Shown piece by piece: positions 1 to 11,686 of a stretch of DNA of 64,000 nt. Location of the stretch: the NCBI GenBank assembly GCA_951406725.2, contig OX597818.1, forward strand, positions 72,602,001 to 72,666,000, read 5' to 3'. This DNA comes from Octopus vulgaris. Its lineage: Eukaryota. Under the pieces are notes generated by a model. That model made no database searches and had not been told where the DNA came from. It saw only the letters and a list, made by a program, of their open reading frames with translations. A program made the translations under genes and the position numbers. Positions within the stretch are counted from its first letter, which is position 1; the number at the start of each line of letters is the position of its first letter.

Positions 1-1465
1 TGACAAACTGTACAGAAATAGAGATAGAAAGATATAGAAAAGAACTCCATAACTTTAAAAAAGTTTCGGTTTCGGCCTTTCTATAACTATAGACTATAAC
101 CACTGTAAGGGAAACGTTCTAGATGCGAATTTTAATTTGGAAAGTGGCCTCTATATACCATACCACAAACCAAATGAGTGCTTAAGAGACATAAATGTAA
201 ATTACAATCATCTACCATCCGTAACCAAAGGAATAATTAGGAACATAGTCACTAGAATATCAAGATTATCAGCCACAGAGGAAACATTCAACCAAAATGC
301 AACATACTACAAAGAGGCGCTACCTAGGGCGGGATATAAATGGAAAATCAAATTTGAAAATAACGACACCACAAATAACAATAACAAACGCAAATAAGGT
401 AGAATACACACAAAACACGTATGACATAAACAAACGAATAACAATAAAAAAGAGAAAACATGAGGAACAACGGAAAGATGGGAGGAAGACAGATATAACC
501 GGAAAGAATAAAAATATTTGGAATATAGACGCACACAATCGTAAAAATATGCAAAATAGGAAGAAGAAACCAAACAAAAGGTACAAAAATTCGGAAGCCT
601 TATGGTATACTCCAATTTTTTGACTTCAAATGTCGTCTAAGATAGGTAAGCAATTCATTGCAGCATTAAATAGATACTTCCCTAAAACACATACTACCGT
701 TTATTCAGCAAGTAAATAGTAAAAATATCATACGCAACGTCTTACAACATGGAGTACTACATACATGGATACAACAGGAAAGTAAACATACAAACAACGT
801 CTGCTGGCAAAGAACAAACTAATAAAACATCTGAGGCCAATAAGAAAAATAAAAAAAAACTCAGATAACGTACAAGACGATGGCAATAAGATTAAAACGA
901 ATCATCAAAAACGATCCGCTAAAAAATATTGCCGATTCCAGAGTGCTTCAGACACTAACAATCAAACGTATTATCATGAAAACAGAATCAAAATGTCACC
1001 AGATAAATATAAAAATAATAATAGTACAAATAACTGCACAAACTGTAGAAAATCTGCTTGTCCGCTCATGAATGATTGTATCCCCCCCAAAAAAAAAACA
1101 TTCTATACAAATGCACTATCTCCACATCCCAACATAAACACGCAAATATAGGTGCGTCGGAAAACCAATTAAAATCCATTATTACAACCACATCTCGTCA
1201 TTCCAAAAATAAACAAACGACACGGAACTTCACGGGTGGACCTAATATGGAAACTGAAGGAATCAAAAATTAAATACAAAATGAAATGGTCAATAATAAA
1301 AATGCACACGCATGTAATTCGCCATCCGGCGAATATGACCTTTGCCTTGAGGGAGCATTACGTATACTACTGAGTAAGGAGAATCTGGTAAACAAGCATG
1401 ATGAGAAAATTCCAAGGTGTAGCCACCGCGCTAAATATGCATTTTCAAGATGGGGCAGTGTATAA
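1..1465 (+). mobile_element. Degenerate Penelope-like element: C-terminal RT/thumb, linker and GIY-YIG endonuclease
   Basis: Fragmented translation gives VLDANFNLESGLYIPYHKPN...NHLPSVTKGIIRNIVTRISRLSATEETFNQNATYYKEAL..AGY, WYTPIF, IGKQFIAAL, CPLMNDC, NILYKCTI...NIGASE, KWSII...DLCLEG. These are PLE motifs in the expected order, with stops and frameshifts. Confidence 0.85.
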
Positions 1466-2125
1466 AAATAATAATTATTATTCAGTTTTCCCACCTCCCA
1501 TCCCTTCCATCCCATATGTATATATATATTGGACTGCTCAAAAATATAAATAAGTACATATATGTAAATAAATGTATATGCATGTATGTATGAGTATGAT
1601 CGGTATATATATATATATATATATATATATAAGCGAGAAAAAAGCAACAAGAATGGATAGGTTTTTAGTACAATCGTTTCATACAAGGACAGGCTTTATT
1701 AAAAGTTGCAAAAAAGTTGCAAAAAGTTGCAAAAAGTTGCAAAATTTTTTTCTCGCTTATAATCACCCCACATTACTGTATTGTTAAAACCGTATAGTTT
1801 GTTTTGGTGCATCTAAGTTAGGTACCATATTCAAGTAAATTCATTTAAATTAACTTGAATCTTTATTGCTTTTTGTATATATATATATATATATATATGG
1901 GCGAGGCTGTGTGTCTCTGAACCAACGAATATTGAAAGTCGGGTAATAAAATGAGGAACAAAATAAACAGTCAATACAGCCAATACTACTCATAGCAGGC
2001 ACGCTGAAGCATGTTGACAGCAAGCGGAATGAAAGTGTCAGCGGCTATTAAATTCAAACAAGGTAGATGGATGTGTTAGCATCGGCGTCAAAAGTTTTTA
2101 TAAATAACCGGGAGGGCAATTGGAT

Positions 2126-2230
2126 ATCACCTGAAGAAATATAATTGGATCCCATTATAGGGGTAAATCGCTGAATAATCAGATTCCTGTATATATTAAG
2201 AACAATGTTGTATGAAATATGTGTTTTGAT
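2126..2230 (+). ncRNA. Decayed type I hammerhead-like motif
   Basis: atcac-CTGAAGA(2131)-long stem II-GAAA(2214)-tatgtg-TT-ttgat. Stem III resembles a mutated ACACGTGT palindrome. Confidence 0.4.
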
Positions 2231-3206
2231 TAAAAAATAACTATCCAACCATACTTCTCGTTGACTCTATCTTATATATATTAAATTATTAATATGGAAG
2301 TCGGAGTGTAACTAGGGGCATTTATTAGCACAATAATTGTTTCGGCTTCATCCTGCATTGCTCTATAGTGTGAGTTATCAGATTCACGTTCCATTTTCGC
2401 TTCCAGTTATATACTGATGGTACCATAGCAGCAGTTCAGACGCATTTGGTAAAGTGAAGTTGTGGTTAGGAAGAAAATTAAAAAATGAAAACAAAATGCC
2501 TCCAGAGACAGACACACATACATACGTATACTTGTACACGCACGCCCGTATAAATTCACACACATATGCACCCAACCGCACGCACACATATATGCACATA
2601 CATATCGACAGATATCGGTCATCCTGTCAATAGGCACATTCACTCACTCACGTACAAATGAATCTATATACACGTCTACCTTCCATCCTGCATTTTTTCT
2701 TGTGCCTATATAGGCGTGTATGCAGATTTATTTGTACGCGTGTGTGGGTATGTACGAGTGTGCGGGTATGTATGTATATAGATGTGTGCGTGTGTGCGGG
2801 CATAAGAATATATTTATAGAGAGACGTTTTTACTCTGTATTTTTACAATTTTTCCTGTTCTTTTCCTTAACCCTGTCTTTTATTGTGCTTGTGCATATGT
2901 AAACGTATGTATGAACTTTTACAGTGCGAGAGTGGGTGTATGAGTTAGTATATATATGCATATACATTTGGCGACAAAATGCGAGTGAATACCTTTACGT
3001 TTTCATAGTGATATATATACGTACGCATGTGGGTGCGCGAGCGCACATATATCCGTATGAACAGGCACGCTTACGTGTTTACTATGAACTTCTAACCTTA
3101 TCTTAATTAGCGGTCATTCGAATTAGCACTTTTGTATAAGTAGCGGACTATAACACAGTAATTTCCCTTTGAATAACGGTCTTTTTTCATAGCGTTTTTC
3201 AAATGG

Positions 3207-3275
3207 CCAGATAACCGACGAGATGGTGGTGTGGATTTCCACCTCGGCATTCCGAAACTCAGAGTTTTATCTTGG
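3207..3275 (+). ncRNA. Type I hammerhead ribozyme motif with U4C core substitution
   Basis: agataa-CCGACGA(3215)-gatg...cattcc-GAAA(3254)-ctc-a-gag-TT-ttatct. Stem I is agataa/ttatct; stem III is ACTC/GAGT. Confidence 0.65.
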
Positions 3276-3411
3276 CGACTGAATAATTGTCACATATTAT
3301 TATACAGATAAATTTCCTCTATTTACATAATATTGAGGTCTCTTTCTTTCTTTGGTTATCTTACCGTTTTTACCAATATATATATGTATATATATTGATA
3401 TATATATATAT

Positions 3412-3572
3412 AGGCGCAGGAGTAGCTGTGTGCTAAGTAGCTTGCTTACCAACCACATGGTTCCGGGTTCAATCACACTACGTGGCACTTTGGGCAAATG
3501 TCTTCTACTATAGTCTCGGGCCGACCAAAGCCTTGAGTGGATTTGGTAAGCGGAAACTGAAAGAAGACCGTC

Positions 3573-3575
<3 letters not shown>
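3412..3575 (+). mobile_element. tRNA-derived SINE, 5' part (same family as 63010-63430)
   Basis: ggcgcaggagtagctgtgtgctaag...ggttcaatcac A/B-box-like head and ggaaactgaaagaag core. Near-identical to the reverse complement of 63270-63430. Confidence 0.8.
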
Positions 3576-3610
<35 letters not shown>

Positions 3611-4469
3611 ATTAAACAAACAACTTAAATATGTTTAATTACAATTTAAATATATTATCGAAGAACCACTGTTCAGGTAGGAAACTTCCTCGCTTGACTG
3701 CTCTTAACACGTCTTTCCTCGCAGACTTTTCAAAGACTGTTACTATGGCAACAGTCAGAAGCGTTCTCATGTTTCCGCTTACTACTATCGAAACGGACAT
3801 AAATGTGTTTGTGGCTTACGATTGGTTAAGATGACCAAAATTTTCAAACTTTAATTACTAATAACTCTTTATTGATTTATAGCGAAAATTACTTTCACGT
3901 CGTTAATTAGCCTATAAAAGTGTATCATTATACTGTATATGAAATCATTTCGAACAGAAAATTGACGCTGGTAGCCGCTAGCAAGCAAACAGAAAATATA
4001 CCGCTCCACACCCACAAGGGATCAGTGCAGAATGAAACCGAGAGATTGTTGTGCTAATAAGTGATTCTAGTCACACTCCGTCTTCCGTATAAATAATTTA
4101 AAACATAGCCTCGAGATTCCGGACGTAGATCCAAGGACAAACGCACAGTGTCGCTGATGACGCCTGAAAGCCATAAGCTGTGAACATGCTCTGCAGGCAC
4201 ACTACCTGGGAGTTACCTTGAAACAAGTTTTGGATACTATATTTAATGCCTATATTCCAAACTTTAATTCTTTAATTATAGACTTTAGCGTTATCGAAAA
4301 ACAAAACCGATGTAAGTACGAGACTTAAGAAAAAGAAAACTATGGGAGATGATTTGTTCGAGTAAAAGCCGTGAATTTTGGTTCTACATTGTGGCCGTAG
4401 TCCAGTGAGTGAAACAAGTAAAAAATAAAAAAATGAAAGAATATACATTTATACATACGTACATGCATA

Positions 4470-4612
4470 TATCCGCTTGCTTCCCAATCACATGGCCACG
4501 GGTTCAGTCCAACTGCGTTGCACCTTGTGTCGGTGTCTTCTCATATAGCTACAGGCTAATCAAAACCTTATGATTGCATTTGGTCGACGGAAACTGAAAG
4601 AAGCCCGTCGCA
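4470..4612 (+). mobile_element. tRNA-derived SINE fragment
   Basis: gggttcagtcc...gacggaaactgaaagaagcccgtcg matches the 3412 SINE. Confidence 0.7.
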
Positions 4613-4614
4613 TG

Positions 4615-4652
<38 letters not shown>

Positions 4653-4831
4653 GTACAAAGTGAGATAAGGGTTATGAGTGTAACCCACTATGGGATATCA
4701 TTTATCCAATATACTGCCAGTAAAGTACCCAAAACGCTAATACATAAACGCTTACAATTACAATGCAATTAGTTCATTTATTGTATTATATGGGCGAAGG
4801 TAAAATGTTTTACCTCAAATTCATAATACAA

Positions 4832-5560
4832 AATAAGAAAATGGAGGAATAGATTCCTTTCAATCATCAACTTCCAGATAATACCAATTGTGTATGTGCT
4901 GATAATACCAAATGTGTATGTGCTGTTGAAGTTGTGTATGTGTGTATACATATGGATGTGTATTTATGTCTATTTAAGGAGTGTGTTTGTATGCATGTGG
5001 ATATATATGTATATCTATTCTAGTATGGTGTATGTATGTATTGGAATGTATGTATACATGTATATATGTATATGTGTGTGTGCATGTATAAGTATATATT
5101 TATATATGTATGCATGTAGGTATATGTATATGTATGTATATATATATATCTGTTACTTATATGTATGCATACTTATGTGTAGGTATATGGGTATATAAGT
5201 ACATATGTATGCGTGTATGTATGAATGTTCTTGTCTGTGAATATATGAGTATTTGTTTGTATATTGTATATGTATATTATGCATATATGTGGCTGTATGT
5301 ATGTATGTGTGTATTTATGTGCTTATGTTTATCTATGTGTACGTGTGTATGTGCGCATATATGTACGTATGTGTATTTTAACCAACCAACCGTAACTAAG
5401 ACAATGAAATTCAAATGTGCCAACCACTTGAATTGAGCTTGAGGTTGTAAATAATCCCTCACCCTGTTACGACCTATCACTCACCTATTGATTTGCGAAC
5501 TCTATGTATGTACATGCATATATCTTTTGTATGATGTAAAAGGATAAAAGGTCTGTATGC
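4832..5560. mobile_element. Non-coding repeat of the same family as 11750-13300 (PLE-LTR-like)
   Basis: 4832-4889 is the reverse complement of 13241-13298. ~5300-5550 is the reverse complement of ~11830-12075. Confidence 0.7.
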
Positions 5561-6405
5561 ACGTGTGCATGGGGATGTTTATGTACGTATAAGAGTGTAT
5601 ATATGTATGTGCATATATATACTTATTTATGTTCCTCAACCTATATTGGATTCAGATTTTCGTTGCATTTTACAGGTTTATTAGTATTGGGTGGACTGTA
5701 TATTTGTTTGTTTAGTTTTAACTAAGTGTGTGGTCAATTTCGATTTTGGTTTTGATCTAACATTTTTTTAATTACGAGGATATAAATTATATTACCTTTC
5801 ATCAATAATAAATTACCTATTATGTTTAGGGGTACATAGATATGATAATGAATACCCTCGGATTCATATTAAATAACCACCTTATATTAGTAAATGGATG
5901 TTTAAATGATTGGATAGGTATTAATACTGAATTATAATATGAATATTTACGTTTTTGAGTAATATTAAAACGGTATATCGATCTCTAAAACATCAACAAT
6001 AATAAACTCAAACTAGTAGATAATGATATATGGTCAGATACAGAATATATTGTTTTTATTACGGTATTTTATACAACTTAAATTTTGCAACGAGTTTAAA
6101 TGGAGAGGTTAAGTTGATTGTTTGGATTCGCATTACAGTAACGGTTTATTTACACGGTGAATTTTGATTTCTGTATCTTCCGTAAATTTCTTACTATTTC
6201 TATACCTTAAATATTGTCAAATGTGTTTTGCATAGTTTCTTTTGTCTAAATATTTTCCAACCTTTGCCAAATATTAATCCTAACGTTTATTACCCTTTTT
6301 AGGCCATTTTTTAAATATATTTACCCTTTTAGGCCATTTTTTACACATTAGTTTTCACTTTTAATGGTTTATAATATTATTTTTTTAGTTATTGGTATGT
6401 ATGTG

Positions 6406-6443
<38 letters not shown>

Positions 6444-6449
<6 letters not shown>

Positions 6450-6686
6450 GGGCAAACGAGCCTTACCCTCAGAGACAGAATGACAGTTCACCGACAACAA
6501 CTGAGGGACCCCTCCACAAGACAGATACCACTAAGTGGACACTTAGACCTTTGTGCACACAATAAGTCCCCCAAATTCTTAGTCTTCCCACTATACCAAT
6601 GCTCGGACAACACCACAGACCAAACACGAATAAATAAGGAAAGTAATCTTATTCAAAAATACAGACCACAACTAAACATACTCTAA
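6444..6686 (+). mobile_element. 5'-truncated Penelope-like element, C-terminal half of the GIY-YIG endonuclease
   Basis: Uninterrupted YIGQTSLTLRDRMTVHRQQLRD...LSGHLDLC...RINKESNLIQKYRPQLNIL*, starting directly after a (TA)n tract. Confidence 0.85.
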
Positions 6687-6839
6687 CATACCCCCTGGAA
6701 ACACATCCAGAGCAAGCACACAGGGACGCGCGCACGCTCACAGCATATCGTGCGGGCGGGCACATGCGCGCATCGGCACGCATAGGACACACTAGCGGGC
6801 ATTGACCGCACACATACGTGGCATGCACACGCATGCATT

Positions 6840-6871
6840 ATATATATGTAGGTAATGTATGTGTGTGAGTG

Positions 6872-6903
<32 letters not shown>

Positions 6904-7129
6904 ACGTTGTGTGTGTGTGTGCGCGGGTGTATATATATGTGTGTGTGTGTGTGTATGCACTGTGTGCGTGTGTGTGTATGTGTGTGTGTGCGCGCGCGTT
7001 GTGTGTATGTGTGTGTGCACGTGTGTATATATGTGTGTGTGTGTGCACTGTGTGCGTGTGTGTGTGTGTATGTGTGTGTGTGTGTGAGCATTGTGTACGT
7101 ATGTATGTATTTACATGTGTATTTGTTTT

Positions 7130-7162
<33 letters not shown>

Positions 7163-7943
7163 TGTGTGTGTATATGTTAGTACTTTGTTTGTGTGTGTGT
7201 GCGGCATGTAGAGATATATTTGAGTGTGTACGCTATAGGTTTGTAATTTGTGTGTGGGGGGGTGAATTTTTTATATATATATATATGTATGTGTATGTGT
7301 GTGAAAAAATATATGTATGTGCATGTATGTATGTATGTATGTGTGTATATATATATATATGTATATGTGTATATATATGTGTGTGTGTGTATGTGTGTGT
7401 GTGTATATTTATTTGCTTGTTTATGTGTGTATAAACATGTACATTATTTGCATGCGCATTGTGTATATGTATATTGTATGTATGTGTATTGTATATGTAT
7501 GTGTGCAATTAAGTGTATATATGTGTGTGTATGTGTGCATTGTATATATGTATATTGTAGGTGTGCTATATATGCATGAATACATGTATGTGCATTGCGT
7601 GTATATATATGTATACATTGTGTATGTATGTTATGTGTGTGTGTGTGTATATATATATTATATGTATGCGTACGTGTATGTGTATGCGTTGTATGTATGT
7701 GTATTGTGTGTATATGTGGTACATCTATGTATGTGTATGTAAACACTATTTATATGTATATGTGTATATATGTATATGCATTGTCTATATATATATATTA
7801 TATGTATGTACTGCGTATGTATATTGCATGCATATATTGTGTATGTATATTACTTACATGCTGTATGTGTGTATTGTATGTGTGTATATATATGCTAGGT
7901 GTATTTGTGTGATATTTATATTATGTATGTATGTGTGCGTGTG

Positions 7944-7982
<39 letters not shown>

Positions 7983-8165
7983 GTGTGTGTATGTGTGTTA
8001 TATATCTGTGTATGTTATATATAGATACATATTATATTTGTGTGCTGTGTGTATATGTGATATATGTGGGTGCGTTGTGTGTGGGTGTGTGTGTTCTGTG
8101 TGTGTGTGTGTGTTGTTTGTATGTGGTGTGTGTTTGTTTACTATGTGTGTGTGTGTGTGTGTTGT

Positions 8166-8202
<37 letters not shown>

Positions 8203-8207
8203 GTGTG
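6840..8207. repeat. 1.4-kb degenerate (TG)/(TA) low-complexity tract
   Basis: Continuous alternating purine-pyrimidine sequence. Confidence 0.95.
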
Positions 8208-8633
8208 ACAAACAGACGCTATCTGACCAGCGGGCACGGACACATCTATTCACACCCGCATACTAACCTCCTGATAACCCCAAAATCATTCATGCATAAA
8301 GGGGAAGTATACACCACATTGGCTACTTCCTCTGTTCTCTCAGTTCAGCCTTTCTGCTAATACCGACAGGTCAGTAAAAACATATTCTCGCCTTGTACTT
8401 AAAATATTCTGAGATGTATAAAAAATCCATTTTAATTTTTGCTGTCAAAAGGCTGTATATATATACCAAAGATTGTATATATATACATGTAATGTGGCAA
8501 TTTGCGACAACCAATAATTAACGCAACCAATTCCCAATAATATATTTGTTTTATCCTTTTCTGCCAAATTTTCCCAAATATTCTCATCACACTATTGAAC
8601 TTCTCTGTTACCAAACACTATATTTATACATGT

Positions 8634-8770
8634 AATGTGACAATTATGTATAAAAAACATTTTTGAATTCATAATATCCAATGTGACAATTATGTAAAAA
8701 CTTTTTGAATGCATAATATTCAATGTGACAATTATGTAAAAAACTTTTTTTGAACCCATATTATTCAATG
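8634..8770 (+). repeat. ~42-46 bp minisatellite, 3 copies
   Basis: aatgtgacaattatgta...tttgaa...at(a/t)t(t/c)c is repeated three times. Confidence 0.8.
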
Positions 8771-8784
8771 TTTCCTTAAATGTA

Positions 8785-8824
8785 ACTTTTGACAATCTTT
8801 TACCAAAAGTGAAACCGGTTAAGT
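8785..8824 (+). ncRNA. Minimal type I hammerhead ribozyme motif (U3-A8 variant)
   Basis: actt-TTGACAA-t-ctttt-acc-aaaag-t-GAAA-ccgg-TT-aagt. All three helices are present and stem III (ACCGGT) is palindromic. Confidence 0.65.
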
Positions 8825-8863
8825 AAATAAACATCGTTTAAATTGCATTTTCAAACCTTTTTT

Positions 8864-8900
<37 letters not shown>

Positions 8901-8903
<3 letters not shown>

Positions 8904-11686
8904 TTTAACAATTAAGGATAATCTCTTAATAAGGGATCTTAACAAGAAATTATCGGGTAGCTAGCGTGAAAACCTCATAAAAGAAAAGAATCCGAAAATA
9001 ATTTTTTTCTTTTGAACAAATTAATTATATCTATATTGTATAGAGGGCATTATTACACATAAATGCCTCACACTAGGAGGGACAAAGTCATTACTACCAA
9101 AATTATACTAATCATACCCAAATGCAGTTTTTCAAAGCAAGACATTTAAAAAATGAATTTAGTTCTGTATCACCGTGATTTCACATTCAACTTACGTCTA
9201 ATGATCGTCAGCAGAACTGATTCTGAACACATCATAAATAAACTACCAACCTTACGTAGCGAAGACGAACAGACAACTGCTCACTCCGGCCAAGCACATG
9301 GAATGTTTATAAATCATATATCCGGTAAATGGCGGGCTTTTTACGAACTGCATGTCGGGTAATGAAAAGTATTTCGGAATAAGTTTAACAATTAAGGATA
9401 ATCTCTTAATAAGGGATCTTAACAAGAAATTATCGGGTAGCTAGCGTGAAAAACCTCATAAAAGAAAAGAATCCGAAAATAATTTTTTTCTTTGAACAAA
9501 TTAATTATATCTATATTGTATAGAGGGCATTATTACACATAAATGCCTCACACTAGGAGGGACAAAGTCATTACTACCAAAATTATACTAATCATACCCA
9601 AATGCAGTTTTTCAAAGCAAGACATTTAAAAAATGAATTTAGTTCTGTATCACCGTGATTTCACATTCAACTTACGTCTAATGATCGTCAGCAGAACTGA
9701 TTCTGAACACATCATAAATAAACTACCAACCTTACGTAGCGAAGACGAACAGACAACTGCTCACTCCGGCCAAGCACATGGAATGTTTATAAATCATATA
9801 TCCGGTAAATGGCGGGCTTTTTACGAACTGCATGTCGGGTAATGAAAAGTATTTCGGAATAAGTTTAACAATTAAGGATAATCTCTTAATAAGGGATCTT
9901 AACAAGAAATTATCGGGTAGCTAGCGTGAAAACCTCATAAAAGAAAAGAATCCGAAAATAATTTTTTTCTTTTGAACAAATTAATTATATCTATATTGTA
10001 TAGAGGGCATTATTACACATAAATGCCTCACACTAGGAGGGACAAAGTCATTACTACCAAAATTATACTAATCATACCCAAATGCAGTTTTTCAAAGCAA
10101 GACATTTAAAAAATGAATTTAGTTCTGTATCACCGTGATTTCACATTCAACTTACGTCTAATGATTGTCAGCAGAACTGATTCTGAACACATCATAAATA
10201 AACTACCAACCTTACGTAGCGAAGACGAACAGACAACTGCTCACTTCGGCCAAGCACATGGAATGTTTATAAATCATATATCCGGTAAATGGCGGGCTTT
10301 TTACGAACTGCATGTCGGGTAATGAAAAGTATTTCGGAATAAGTTTAACAATTAAGGATAATCTCTTAATAAGGGATCTTAACAAGAAATTATCGGGTAG
10401 CTAGCGTGAAAACCTCATAAAAGAAAAGAATCCGAAAATAATTTTTTTCTTTTGAACAAATTAATTATATCTATATTGTATAGAGGGCATTATTACACAT
10501 AAATGCCTCACACTAGGAGGGACAAAGTCATTACTACCAAAATTATACTAATCATACCCAAATGCAGTTTTTCAAAGCAAGACATTTAAAAAATGAATTT
10601 AGTTCTGTATCACCGTGATTTCACATTCAACTTACGTCTAATGATCGTCAGCAGAACTGATTCTGAACACATCATAAATAAACTACCAACCTTACGTAGC
10701 GAAGACGAACAGACAACTGCTCACTCCGGCCAAGCACATGGAATGTTTATAAATCATATATCCGGTAAATGGCGGGCTTTTTACGAACTGCATGTCGGGT
10801 AATGAAAAGTATTTCGGAATAAGTTTAACAATTAAGGATAATCTCTTAATAAGGGATCTTAACAAGAAATTATCGGGTAGCTAGCGTGAAAACCTCATAA
10901 AAGAAAAGAATCCGAAAATAATTTTTTTCTTTTGAACAAATTAATTATATCTATATTGTATAGAGGGCATTATTACACATAAATGCCTCACACTAGGAGG
11001 GACAAAGTCATTACTACCAAAATTATACTAATCATACCCAAATGCAGTTTTTCAAAGCAAGACATTTAAAAAATGAATTTAGTTCTGTATCACCGTGATT
11101 TCACATTCAACTTACGTCTAATGATTGTCAGCAGAACTGATTCTGAACACATCATAAATAAACTACCAACCTTACGTAGCGAAGACGAACAGACAACTGC
11201 TCACTCCGGCCAAGCACATGGAATGTTTATAAATCATATATCCGGTAAATGGCGGGCTTTTTACAAACACTGCATGTCGGGTAATGAAAAGTATTTCGGA
11301 ATAAGTTTAACAATTAAGGATAATCTCTTAATAAGGGATCTTAACAAGAAATTATCGGGTAGCTAGCATGAAAACCTCATAAAAGAAAAGAATCCGAAAA
11401 TAATTTTTTTCTTTTGAACAAATTAATTATATCTATATTGTATAGAGGGCATTATTACACATAAATGCCTCACACTAGGAGGGACAAAGTCATTACTACC
11501 AAAATAATACTAATCATACCCAAATGCAGTTTTTCAAAGCAAGACATTTAAAAAATGAATTTAGTTCTGTATCACCGTGATTTCACATTCAACTTACGTC
11601 TAATGATCGTCAGCAGAACTGATTCTGAACACATCATAAATAAACTACCAACCTTACGTAGCGAAGACGAACAGACAACTGCTCAC

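Noticed and set aside
1664-1682. Minus-strand GAAACgattGTA hammerhead half-site
   Set aside because: No matching CUGANGA box or stem I partner was found. Similar isolated boxes at ~46168 and ~49360 were also rejected.
3412-3490. tRNA genes at SINE heads
   Set aside because: A/B-box-like motifs continue into SINE bodies and do not form full cloverleaves.
3735-3756. Palindrome containing an RFX X-box-like GTTACTATGGCAAC
   Set aside because: It lies among repeats with no nearby gene start; function is unsupported.
6683-8360. Cys/Val/Tyr- or His/Thr-rich ORFs (also poly-Y/T/L/I/F/K ORFs at 25332, 27887, 34708, 36371)
   Set aside because: These are translations of microsatellites.
9153-9362. 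Repeated 69-aa ORF in each 480-bp unit
   Set aside because: No recognisable motif; it is antisense to the hammerhead and frameshifted in unit 5. Its recurrence just reflects the tandem repeat.
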